Shown one piece after another: positions 51,378 through 60,090 of a stretch of DNA of 64,000 bases. The translations under genes and the position numbers were made by a program. The notes under the pieces are model-generated. The model saw only the letters and a program-made list of their open reading frames with translations. It made no database searches and was not told where the DNA came from. Source of the DNA: an uncultured Oscillospiraceae bacterium (GTDB lineage: Bacteria; Bacillota; Clostridia; Oscillospirales; Oscillospiraceae); NCBI GenBank assembly GCA_910578575.1, contig CAJTQP010000002.1, positions 11,245-75,244 of the forward strand. Reading direction: 5' to 3'. The number at the start of each line of letters is the position of its first letter. The first letter of the stretch is position 1.

Positions 51378-52205
51378 ATGAAACGCCGTGTAATCAAAGT
51401 GATTTTGCTGCTGGTGCTGGTAATCAGCCTGGTGGCCCTGGGCCAACAGGCCTATAACAACCACCGGGCCAAGCAGGACAAAGCCGAGGCCGCCGCCCTG
51501 ATGCGTATGGACCCCGGCTTCCCCACCAACACCTCCGGGGAGCCCCTGCCCAAGGAGGCCGCCGCCCTGGCCTATGTGGACCTGAAAGGCCTGCAAGCCA
51601 TCAACCCCGACGTCATCGGCTGGGTGGAGATCCCCGGCACCGAGCTGGCCTACCCTCTGCTCCAGGGGGAGGACAACCAATACTATCTCACCCACAGCTG
51701 GAAAGGGGAGGAGAACTCCGGCGGCTCCATTTTCCTAGAGTCCACCAGCAACCCTGACCTCTCCGACTTCCACACCATCGTCTACGGCCACCGGATGTTC
51801 AACAACAGTATGTTCGGTACCTTGAAATACTACAAGGACCACAGCTACTGGGAACAACACCCCAGCGTCTACCTGGTGGTAGAGGGGGGTGTGTACCGCT
51901 ACGACATTTTCGCCGCCTACCAGGCGGGGATCGAGGATACGGTCTATGAACTGCGTTGGGACGGCCGGGAAGAGAAATTGATCCAATACGCCCTGGAGCA
52001 GACCGTGCTGGACACAGACGTGGAGCCCCAACCGGGCCAGCGCCACCTGGCCCTGTCCACCTGTACCGGCCGTGGCCACGCCAAGCGTTGGGTGGTCCAC
52101 GGGGTGTTGGGAGCAGAATATCGGGAAAGGAGTACAACCCATGCGGAAACGAATCAGCCTACTGGCCCTGTCTCTGGCGTTGAGCCTATTGGCGGCCTGC
52201 GGTGA
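51378..52205 (+). CDS. srtB: Class B sortase
   Basis: INPDVIGW, DNQYYL, IVYGH, LSTC...R; N-terminal TM anchor. Confidence 0.88.
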   Translation: MKRRVIKVILLLVLVISLVALGQQAYNNHRAKQDKAEAAALMRMDPGFPTNTSGEPLPKEAAALAYVDLKGLQAINPDVIGWVEIPGTELAYPLLQGEDNQYYLTHSWKGEENSGGSIFLESTSNPDLSDFHTIVYGHRMFNNSMFGTLKYYKDHSYWEQHPSVYLVVEGGVYRYDIFAAYQAGIEDTVYELRWDGREEKLIQYALEQTVLDTDVEPQPGQRHLALSTCTGRGHAKRWVVHGVLGAEYRERSTTHAETNQPTGPVSGVEPIGGLR

Positions 52206-53121
52206 GCCCACGCCGGAGCCCCCCAGTGAACCCACCGCCGAGACCAACCAAGCGGTGATGGAGGACGCCCAGTGGGCCGACGAGGCCCAGGCTCTGGTGG
52301 ACTCCCCCGCCGCTGTCTCTCCCCTCCTCTTGCCGGAGGCCAGCGGCCGCGCGGTGGAGAAAAATCAGCGGGCGGAGATCGACTATTCCAACCTGAAGGA
52401 CGGCTACGTCATGGCCCAGTTCACCGGCCAGACCAACACCCGCCTCAAGGTCCAGGTGGCCGGTCCCACCACCACCTATACCTACGACCTCCCCGTCCAG
52501 GGCTGGGCCACCTTCCCCCTCTCCGACGGCAACGGGGACTACAGTGTCACCGTGTTTGAAAACACCTCCGGCACCAAATACGCCACCGTCCTCACCGCCA
52601 GCTTCCCCGTAGCCCTGGAGGACGAGTTCGCCCCCTTCCTGCGGCCCAACCAGTACGTGAACTACCAGGGGGCGGACAACACCATCGCCCAGGCGGCGCA
52701 GCTCACCCAGGGCATCCGGGACCCCCTGGAAAAGGTGAGCAAAGTCTACGACTACGTGGTGGAAAACATCCACTACGACAAGGAGAAGGCCACCGGAGTC
52801 AAGAGCGGCTATCTCCCAAAACTGGACCAGGTGCTGGCGGAGCAGAAGGGGATCTGTTTTGACTACGCCGCCCTGATGGCAGGGATGCTCCGCAGCCAGG
52901 GGGTGCCCTGTAAGCTGGTGGTAGGCTATGCCGGCTCCGCCTACCACGCCTGGATCAGCGTCTGGACCGAGGAGACCGGCTGGGTGGATGGCGTCATCTT
53001 CTTCGACGGCACCACCTGGCAACGCATGGACCCCACCTTCGCCTCCTCCGGCAACAGCAGTGAGAGTATCATGGAATATATTGGGGATGGGAGCAATTAT
53101 ACGGCGAAGTATTTGTATTGA
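52141..53121 (+). CDS. Transglutaminase-like lipoprotein
   Basis: Lipobox LAAC; GICFDYA, YHAW, MDPT catalytic triad motifs. Confidence 0.88.
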   Translation: MRKRISLLALSLALSLLAACGEPTPEPPSEPTAETNQAVMEDAQWADEAQALVDSPAAVSPLLLPEASGRAVEKNQRAEIDYSNLKDGYVMAQFTGQTNTRLKVQVAGPTTTYTYDLPVQGWATFPLSDGNGDYSVTVFENTSGTKYATVLTASFPVALEDEFAPFLRPNQYVNYQGADNTIAQAAQLTQGIRDPLEKVSKVYDYVVENIHYDKEKATGVKSGYLPKLDQVLAEQKGICFDYAALMAGMLRSQGVPCKLVVGYAGSAYHAWISVWTEETGWVDGVIFFDGTTWQRMDPTFASSGNSSESIMEYIGDGSNYTAKYLY

Positions 53122-53162
53122 GCCACCCACAATGGTCCCAAGGAAAGATATGGGGTAAACCA

Positions 53163-53315
53163 TGGGCCGGCGAGGGCGCCGGCCCCTACACCCATCGTGG
53201 AGCGTCCCCATGCCACGTGGGGTTCACAGGGAGACGTTTCACCACGTCCATTGTGACCCTATGGGCGTAAGGACCACGGCGCATCTTTGCAGGGGACGCC
53301 GCCCTCGGCGTCCCG
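53163..53315 (-). repeat. GTAG-type REP doublet, copy D (inverted)
   Basis: Reverse complement matches copies A-C at both ends and core. Confidence 0.85.
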
Positions 53316-53338
53316 CAGGTTTCCTCCGCGCTTCTTTG

Positions 53339-53418
53339 AAAAAGAGCGCCGCCACAAGCCGTGGCGGCGCAAAGCAGGAGAATGGAATGAACGATGTTCC
53401 GGCGGCAGGATCACCGCC
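53339..53418 (-). ncRNA. Putative ~80-nt small RNA with anti-SD seed
   Basis: TTGACG-N17-TACCAT promoter (53453-53425), 5' hairpin, UUCAUUCCAUUCUCCU linker, GC terminator with U run. Confidence 0.6.
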
Positions 53419-53586
53419 AAGTCTATGGTATTCCAAATATTCCCATCCGTCAAGGGACCTTTTTTGTCGAATGCCGAATTTCTCACAGTTTCACCAAAAA
53501 TAACGTGACTTTTTCGGCCATTTATGGTATGCTATGGGTACAGGAGGGGACCCCTCCTCCTGTACCCACGAAAGGAGCTGTCTTTC

Positions 53587-54126
53587 ATGAAATTCACCTT
53601 TACTGACAAGAAAGTGAACATCCCCGACCGCGTTCACGCCTACGCCGAGAAGAAGATCGGCAAACTGGAGCGTTATTTCAAGAACGAGCCTGAGACCTCC
53701 GTGGTCTTCAGCGTGGAGAAGGGTCGCAACATCTTAGAAGTCACCATTCGCTCTGGCGCCACCATCATCCGCGTGGCGGAGAGCACCTCCGATATGTTCG
53801 TCTCCATCGACGCCGCTGTGGCCTCTATCGAGCGCCAGCTGCGCAAGAACAAGACCCGTCTGGAGAAGCGCCTGCGCAAGGAGGCCTTCGCCCCCGACGA
53901 GGAGGCCTTTGTCCCCGAATCTGACGAGGAGGAGGAGTCCTCCTATCAGGTGGTCCGCTCCAAGCGCTTCTTCTTCCGTCCCATGACGGTGGACGAGGCC
54001 ATCCTCCAGATGAACCTGGTGGACCACACCTTCTTCGCCTTCCGCAACGACGACGAGGGCGGTGCCTTCTCCGTGGTCTATCGCCGCAACGACGGCGGCT
54101 ACGGCATCATCGTTGACCAGGACTGA
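53587..54126 (+). CDS. hpf: Ribosome hibernation promoting factor (long HPF)
   Basis: KIGKLERYF, DMFVSID..ERQLRKNK, PMTVDEAILQM, VVYRR.DGGYG. Confidence 0.95.
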   Translation: MKFTFTDKKVNIPDRVHAYAEKKIGKLERYFKNEPETSVVFSVEKGRNILEVTIRSGATIIRVAESTSDMFVSIDAAVASIERQLRKNKTRLEKRLRKEAFAPDEEAFVPESDEEEESSYQVVRSKRFFFRPMTVDEAILQMNLVDHTFFAFRNDDEGGAFSVVYRRNDGGYGIIVDQD

Positions 54127-54151
54127 TGGCGCAGCGCAAACGCTGAACATA

Positions 54152-54190
54152 CAAACCCGCCCGGCAGGACAAGCCTGCCGGGCGGTTTTT
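54152..54190. terminator. Bidirectional terminator
   Basis: ccgcccggcagg...cctgccgggcggttttt. Confidence 0.85.
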
Positions 54191-54197
54191 CTATGGG

Positions 54198-55304
54198 TCA
54201 TTCCTCCAACCTCAGGTCATTCTCCCTGATCCAGCCCATACGCCGGAAGGGGATGCTGATGAGCCAGGTGACCACGCCGGGGAGGACGAAGCACACCAGG
54301 ACCAACCCCAGCCAGTCCAGCCCGGTGACGGCGGTCTTCAATCCCTCCGCCACGTCGTTCACCCAGCCGGTGTATACCCCAATGGGCCCCACCAGGCCGC
54401 AGGTCCCCATGCCGGAGGACACCGGGGTCCCGTTCATCTCCATGCGGAACAGGCAGGTGGCAATGGGTCCGGTGATGGCCGCCGCCAAGGTGGGGGGGAT
54501 CCAAATCTTGGGGTTGCGGACGATGTTGCCCATTTGCAGCATAGAGGTCCCCAAACCCTGGGACACCAGACCGCCCCAGCGGTTCTCCCGGAAAGACATC
54601 ACCGCGAAGCCCACCATCTGGGCGCAGCAGCCTGCCACGGCGGCTCCCCCGGCCAAACCTGTGAGGCTCAGGGCCGCGCATATCGCGGCGCTGGAGATGG
54701 GCAGGGTCAGGGCCACCCCCACGATGACAGACACCAGGATGCCCATAAAGAAGGGCTGCAACTCTGTGGCCCACATAATCAGCTGGCCCACAGCGGAGGC
54801 GGCTTTCCCTATGGGCGGGGCGATGACGTAGGCCAGGCCGATGCCCACCAGCACGGTGACGATGGGGGTCACCAGAATGTCCACCTTCGTCTCCTTGGAC
54901 ACGGCCTTGCCGCACTCCGCCGCCAGCACGGCGATCACCAGCACCGCCAAGGGGCCTCCCGCGCCCCCCAGGATGTTGGTGGCGTAGCCCACCGTCACCA
55001 GGGAGAAGAGCACCAGGGGCGGGGCTTGGAGGGCGTAGCCGATGGCCACCGCCATGGCAGGGCCCACCATGGCCGAGGCCAGACCCCCCACGGTGTAGGC
55101 GGTGGCGGCGTCGCCGCTGCCCACGGTAAGGACCGTGGCCTGCAAAAAGCCGATGTGGAATTGGGTCCCCAGGGTGTTGAGGATGGTCCCCACCAGCAGG
55201 GTGCAGAACAGCCCCTGGGCCATGGCCCCCAGGGCATCCACCCCATAGCGCTTGGCGGAGATGACAATATTTTTGCGTTTCAAAAACGCCCGGACTCGCT
55301 CCAT
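54198..55304 (-). CDS. niaY: PTS EIIC_2-family membrane protein, probable niacin-regulated transporter
   Basis: MAQGLF, LTLPISSAA, SQGLGTSMLQ, SGMGTCGLVG; NiaR-like box upstream, pncB adjacent. Confidence 0.65.
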   Translation of the reverse strand: MERVRAFLKRKNIVISAKRYGVDALGAMAQGLFCTLLVGTILNTLGTQFHIGFLQATVLTVGSGDAATAYTVGGLASAMVGPAMAVAIGYALQAPPLVLFSLVTVGYATNILGGAGGPLAVLVIAVLAAECGKAVSKETKVDILVTPIVTVLVGIGLAYVIAPPIGKAASAVGQLIMWATELQPFFMGILVSVIVGVALTLPISSAAICAALSLTGLAGGAAVAGCCAQMVGFAVMSFRENRWGGLVSQGLGTSMLQMGNIVRNPKIWIPPTLAAAITGPIATCLFRMEMNGTPVSSGMGTCGLVGPIGVYTGWVNDVAEGLKTAVTGLDWLGLVLVCFVLPGVVTWLISIPFRRMGWIRENDLRLEE

Positions 55305-55331
55305 GGCAGTTGGTTCCTTTCTCATACAAAG

Positions 55332-55397
55332 CAATAGACTTCACAGGTGTCAAGACACTTGTGAAGTCTATTGTACCATCTTTTGTGGGATTGTCAA
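55332..55397 (-). promoter_or_regulatory. Promoter and NiaR-like operator in a 42-bp palindrome
   Basis: ACAAGTGTCTTGACACCTGT core; TTGACA-N16-TACAAT. Confidence 0.75.
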
Positions 55398-55425
55398 TGG
55401 GAAAAACGAAGGAGGCCCTGACCGC

Positions 55426-56886
55426 TCACTTGTTTTCCGTCAGGAGCTGGTATTTTACCTCCCAGAGCTTCTTGGACAGGTCCACATAGTAGTTGTGGGG
55501 GTTGTCAAAGCGCTTCACTTCCTCCCACAAGGTATCCATCTGTTCTTGGCAGTAGCGCTGGATCTCCTCCAGCTTGGGCAGCTGGTATACCAGCTCGCCC
55601 TGGAGGAAGATGGGTTCTTGGAGCTCCCTGACGTGGAAGTCGGTGATGGTCTTTTTCTTCCAGGTGGCGTCGGGGTCGAAAATGGTCAGGCTGCCGTCGG
55701 GGTTCTTGTTGCTCTCCACGTCCTCGTCCCGGACGCACAGCCAGTCCCCGATGGCCTTGCCGTGCTCGTTGTCGTAGAGGCGGTACACCCGCTTGAACTG
55801 GGGGGTGGTGATTTTGGCGATGTTTTCGCTGAGCTTGATCTTGGGGATCACCTTCCCGTTCTCATCCTCATAGCCCACCAGCTTATACACCCCGCCGAAC
55901 ACCGGTTCACTCCGGGCGGTGATGAGCCGCTCGCCCACCCCGAAGCTGTCGATCTGGGCCCCCTGGAGGAGCAGGTCCTGGATGATGAACTCGTCCAGGG
56001 AGTTGGAGACGGTGATCTTACAGTCCGGCCACCCGGCCTCGTCCAGCATCTGCCGGGCGGTCTGGGTGAGGTAGGCCATATCCCCGGAGTCCAGGCGAAT
56101 GCCACAGTGGGTGATGCCACGGGGGCGCAGCACCTCGTTGAAGGCCCGGATGGCGTCGGGGATGCCGCTTTTCAGGGTGTTGTAGGTATCCACCAGCAGC
56201 ACGGCATTTTCAGGGTAGACCTCGCAGTAGGTCTTGAAGGCCTCATACTGGCTCTCGAAGGTCTGGACCCAGGCGTGGGCCATGGTCCCCCCGGCAGGGA
56301 CACCATAGAGCTGGTCGGAGATGGTGCAGGCAGTGCCCTTACAGCCCCCGATGAAGGCGGCGCGGGCCCCGTCGATGGCCCCCCCGGAGCCCTGGGCCCG
56401 GCGGGAGCCGAACTCCAGCACCGTGCGCCCCTTGGCGGCCCGGACGATGCGGTTGGCCTTGGTGGCGATGAGGCTCTGGTGGTTGATGGTCAGCAGCAGG
56501 AAGGTCTCCAACAGCTGGGCCTCGATGGCAGGGGCCCGAACGGTGAGGATGGGCTCCTGGGGGAACACTGGGGTCCCCTCCGGGACGGCGTAGATATCCC
56601 CAGTAAACTTGAAGTGTTCCAGATAGGACAAAAAGCCCTCGTCGAACATCTTCCGGCCCCGCAGGTAGGCGATATCCTCCGGCTCAAAGTGGAGGTCCTG
56701 GATGTACTCCACCACCTGCTCCAAGCCGGCGGCGATGGCGTAGCCCCCGTTGTCGGGGACACTGCGGAAGAAGAGGTCGAAGTGGGTGATGCGGTCCTTG
56801 TATCCGGCCTTAAAATAGCCATTGCCCATGGTGAGCTCATAGAAGTCACACAGCATGGTCATATTCAGGGTCTTACTTGTGTTCAT
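55426..56886 (-). CDS. pncB: Nicotinate phosphoribosyltransferase
   Basis: DFYELTM, EFGSRRA, GTMAHAW, LVDTY, IRLDSGD. Confidence 0.96.
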   Translation of the reverse strand: MNTSKTLNMTMLCDFYELTMGNGYFKAGYKDRITHFDLFFRSVPDNGGYAIAAGLEQVVEYIQDLHFEPEDIAYLRGRKMFDEGFLSYLEHFKFTGDIYAVPEGTPVFPQEPILTVRAPAIEAQLLETFLLLTINHQSLIATKANRIVRAAKGRTVLEFGSRRAQGSGGAIDGARAAFIGGCKGTACTISDQLYGVPAGGTMAHAWVQTFESQYEAFKTYCEVYPENAVLLVDTYNTLKSGIPDAIRAFNEVLRPRGITHCGIRLDSGDMAYLTQTARQMLDEAGWPDCKITVSNSLDEFIIQDLLLQGAQIDSFGVGERLITARSEPVFGGVYKLVGYEDENGKVIPKIKLSENIAKITTPQFKRVYRLYDNEHGKAIGDWLCVRDEDVESNKNPDGSLTIFDPDATWKKKTITDFHVRELQEPIFLQGELVYQLPKLEEIQRYCQEQMDTLWEEVKRFDNPHNYYVDLSKKLWEVKYQLLTENK

Positions 56887-57153
56887 GGTCAACACCTTCT
56901 GTTTTTATCCCCGCCCACGGGCAGGTGATTTGGCGTGGAAGGCGGGGCTTGCCTGATGGAAGCCTGACAAGACAGCCGTAAAGTCCCCCCACGTTCTTTC
57001 CTCAACTATACACGAAAGCGGGGAAAAATGCAAGGAATCCCCGCAAAAACCGAAGATTTTCCTGGGGGACAGCGCCGGTATGATGCGTGTTCCGTCATTT
57101 TACAGGCAGTTGGGGCCGCAGCCTTTCGCATTTCAGTTCAACACAGAACTTGT

Positions 57154-57432
57154 TTAGCAGAAAAAGCGTATCTCCTCCACACAAAAATGTTCTTTCCATT
57201 TCCGGCAGATCATAAAAAACTGCGCAGAAATGGTGTCCAGCAGCTCATTTAGATCGTTTTGGGGAATGCGTCCCGCATTGTTGGCAATGATACATTGCCC
57301 GGAGCGGGTCAACCATACCTTTGTTGCGTTTGGGGACGGCCTGCCTGTGGCGATATGGACATGGATCGGCTCATCCCCTTCGTTTGACCAGAAAAACACC
57401 AGATAGCCGCCAATACGAAACAAACTAGGCAA
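57154..57432 (-). CDS. DUF4160 domain protein (second copy)
   Basis: FWSNEGDEPIHVHI, ATKVW; TTG start overlapping upstream gene. Confidence 0.8.
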   Translation of the reverse strand: MPSLFRIGGYLVFFWSNEGDEPIHVHIATGRPSPNATKVWLTRSGQCIIANNAGRIPQNDLNELLDTISAQFFMICRKWKEHFCVEEIRFFC

Positions 57433-57694
57433 AGCGAAGCCCTCCCTGCGCTGCATAGCGATACAACAGATGCGCATTATGCTGCAAAAACTCCTCAAAG
57501 AATGCCGTCTCCTCCCCAGTAAAGCCTTCAATAAACTTCCACTGATAGGATGGCAGCACACAACGAGCAGACGCAAATCCAGTCTGCGTTGGACGTTCAA
57601 AATGGACCTCGACCCTCTGTTCTCCATCCTTCTCCATGAGATGGGAGTGGGTGATCTCGGTTTCGTCCGCTAGGGTCATATATGGGTACATCAT
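57425..57694 (-). CDS. Small hypothetical protein, partner of DUF4160 gene (second copy)
   Basis: MMYPYMTL.D..EI.HS shared with 9398-9670. Confidence 0.8.
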   Translation of the reverse strand: MMYPYMTLADETEITHSHLMEKDGEQRVEVHFERPTQTGFASARCVLPSYQWKFIEGFTGEETAFFEEFLQHNAHLLYRYAAQGGLRFA

Positions 57695-57831
57695 CACAGC
57701 AGTCCACCTTTCCTGCGATATATTTTATCAGATAGAGTAGGGGAACGCAAGCCTACCCCACAGTCTGCAATAACGTGCATTCTTTTCCTTCGTATCCCTA
57801 TTTTCTTGTCGGGGCGAGAAAGCGATTGCCG

Positions 57832-59031
57832 TCATGCCCCCAGAAGCCAATCCAAAGCATACTCCTGGCGAATCCCATTGTGGGAGATGGGCGGGTCCAG
57901 GTCCATGGTGAGCAGGTATTTGGGATAATGGTCCGCGATGCTGTCCAGGGGCCGCAGCTCCCGCTCCAGGGTCGCCGCCTCCCGTACCGTCCAAGCCACC
58001 TGGTAATAGCTCAGATCTCCCTCCTGGTCTTGGGCCACAAAGTCCACCTCCGCGTTCCCCACTTTCCCCACATAGACCCGATACCCTCTGCGCAGCAGCT
58101 CCAGATAGACCACATTCTCCAGGATGTGGCCCTGGTCCACATTGCGCTGCCCCAGGAGGTAATAGCGCAGGCCCAGGTCCGCCAGGTAATACTTCTCCTG
58201 GAGCTGGAGATAGGCTTTGCCCTTGATGTCATAGCGGCTGACACGGTACATCAACAAACTCTCCGTGATCCCTTCCAGGTAGTTCTCCACCGTGTGGCTG
58301 GAAATCTTCCGGCCCGCGCTGGTCATGCTGTCCGCGATTTTTTTGATGGTACAGGGATTCCCAATGTTGTCAAAGAGGAACTTGAGCACACTCTTTAGCA
58401 TGGAGGGGTCCTGTATCTTTTTCCGGGCCACGATGTCGTTGAGGACCACCGAATTATAGATACCGTCCAGGTAGGCGTGGATATTGCGGCGGTTGTCCAG
58501 TTGGACGGTATAGGGGAAGGAGCTGTTATAGACATAATTGCGGTACAGCGCCTCCTTGCTGGCCCCTGGGTCAAAGGCACTGGCGTATTCCCGAAAGGAG
58601 AGGGGCAGCATTTTCAGCTCCACATAGCGCCCAGACAGCAGCGTGGCCAGCTCCCCGGACATGAAATAGGCGTTGGAGCCTGTGAGATACACATCGGCGT
58701 TTTTCTTCACAAACAGGCTATCCACAGCCTTTTGATAGTCCGCCACATGCTGAATCTCATCCAGGAAGATATAGTTCATCCGCTCTGGGCACATCTGCCC
58801 CTTGATGTAGTCATATAGTACCCGGTAATCGCAAAGAGGCTCGTTCTCCGCCTCTTCAAAGTTGAGGGTGATGATCTGTTCCTCCAACACCCCCAGGGCA
58901 CGCAGCTGCTCCTGAAAGAGATCAAAGAGGGTGGACTTCCCACAGCGGCGGATGCCGGAGATCACCTTGATGATCTGCTGATCCTTCCACTCCATTAGAA
59001 AGTTCAAATAATCTGGTCGTTGGATCGTCAT
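57832..59031 (-). CDS. AAA ATPase with DUF4143 C-terminal domain
   Basis: GIRRCGKS, FLDEIQ, TGSN, KYYLADLG, ENVV, EVDFV. Confidence 0.92.
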   Translation of the reverse strand: MTIQRPDYLNFLMEWKDQQIIKVISGIRRCGKSTLFDLFQEQLRALGVLEEQIITLNFEEAENEPLCDYRVLYDYIKGQMCPERMNYIFLDEIQHVADYQKAVDSLFVKKNADVYLTGSNAYFMSGELATLLSGRYVELKMLPLSFREYASAFDPGASKEALYRNYVYNSSFPYTVQLDNRRNIHAYLDGIYNSVVLNDIVARKKIQDPSMLKSVLKFLFDNIGNPCTIKKIADSMTSAGRKISSHTVENYLEGITESLLMYRVSRYDIKGKAYLQLQEKYYLADLGLRYYLLGQRNVDQGHILENVVYLELLRRGYRVYVGKVGNAEVDFVAQDQEGDLSYYQVAWTVREAATLERELRPLDSIADHYPKYLLTMDLDPPISHNGIRQEYALDWLLGA

Positions 59032-59236
59032 CCCTTCGCCTCCTCACTTTGTTTTCTAGTAGGATACCACAAATGCAGGAAAAATAAAAGCATTTGCATT
59101 GTACTTCAATCTTTTTTCTCCCCCGGCCCAAGGTAAAAATCAAACGCATTTTGCCGTTCCCCGTCATTTTTGCTTGTCCCCTGGGCATGAACCCCCGCCC
59201 CCCGCCATAGGGTTTAGGAGAAAGGACGGGATTACT

Positions 59237-60025
59237 ATGAAGTTTCTACGCTCCAAGGAACCGCGGCGGCGGGTGATCGTCCTGCGCCGCCGGCATGTGG
59301 CCATCCCCGCGGCGCTGCTGTGCATCTGCGCCCTGTGCCTGCTGGCGAACCTGCCGGCCTACGTATCCGCCTCCACCGCCACCCGGCAGCTGCCCATCTA
59401 CTGCGTCCAGCGGGACAGCAAGGTCTGCGCCCTCTCCTTCGACGCCGCCTGGGGCAACGAGGACACCCAGACCCTCATCGACATCCTGGGCCGCTACGAC
59501 GTGAAGGCCACCTTCTTCGTGGTGGGGGAGTGGGTGGACAAATACCCGGAGTCGGTGAAGGCCCTGTCAGACGCGGGCCATGAGATCATGTGCCACTCCA
59601 ACGACCACGCCCACTTCAACACCCTCTCCGCCGACCAGATCGCGGCGGATATCAACGCCTGCTGTGACAAGATCGAAGCCGTCACCGGCACCCGCCCCAC
59701 CCTCTTCCGCCCTCCCTTTGGGGAGTATGACGACCATGTGGTCACCACGGTGCGGGGCATGGGCATGGAGATCATCCAATGGGACGTGGACAGCCTGGAC
59801 TGGAAGGACTACGACGCCCCCACCATCACCCAGCGGGTGACCTCCAAGGTGGGGCCGGGGTCCATCGTCCTCTTCCACAACGCCGCCCTCCACACCCCGG
59901 AGGCCCTGCCCTCCATCCTGGAATATCTCCTCCAGGAGGGCTACGACGTGGTCCCCATCAGCCAGCTCATCCTCAGCGGGGACTATACCCTGGACCACAC
60001 CGGCCGGCAGTGCCCGGTGGAATGA
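59237..60025 (+). CDS. pdaB: Polysaccharide deacetylase, PdaB-like
   Basis: SFDAAWG, HS.DH, FRPPFG, DSLDW, LFHN; SigE-like GCATGA...CATAGGGT upstream. Confidence 0.8.
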   Translation: MKFLRSKEPRRRVIVLRRRHVAIPAALLCICALCLLANLPAYVSASTATRQLPIYCVQRDSKVCALSFDAAWGNEDTQTLIDILGRYDVKATFFVVGEWVDKYPESVKALSDAGHEIMCHSNDHAHFNTLSADQIAADINACCDKIEAVTGTRPTLFRPPFGEYDDHVVTTVRGMGMEIIQWDVDSLDWKDYDAPTITQRVTSKVGPGSIVLFHNAALHTPEALPSILEYLLQEGYDVVPISQLILSGDYTLDHTGRQCPVE

Positions 60026-60090
60026 TGCGAAAAGCCCAGGCGGTGAATCTTCTACCGCCTGGGCTTTCTTTGTGGTATGTCTGGTATTTC

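Noticed and set aside
57090..57106. 17-mer ttccgtcattttacagg repeated at 62137-62153
   Set aside because: Flanks are unrelated and one such match in 64 kb is plausible by chance
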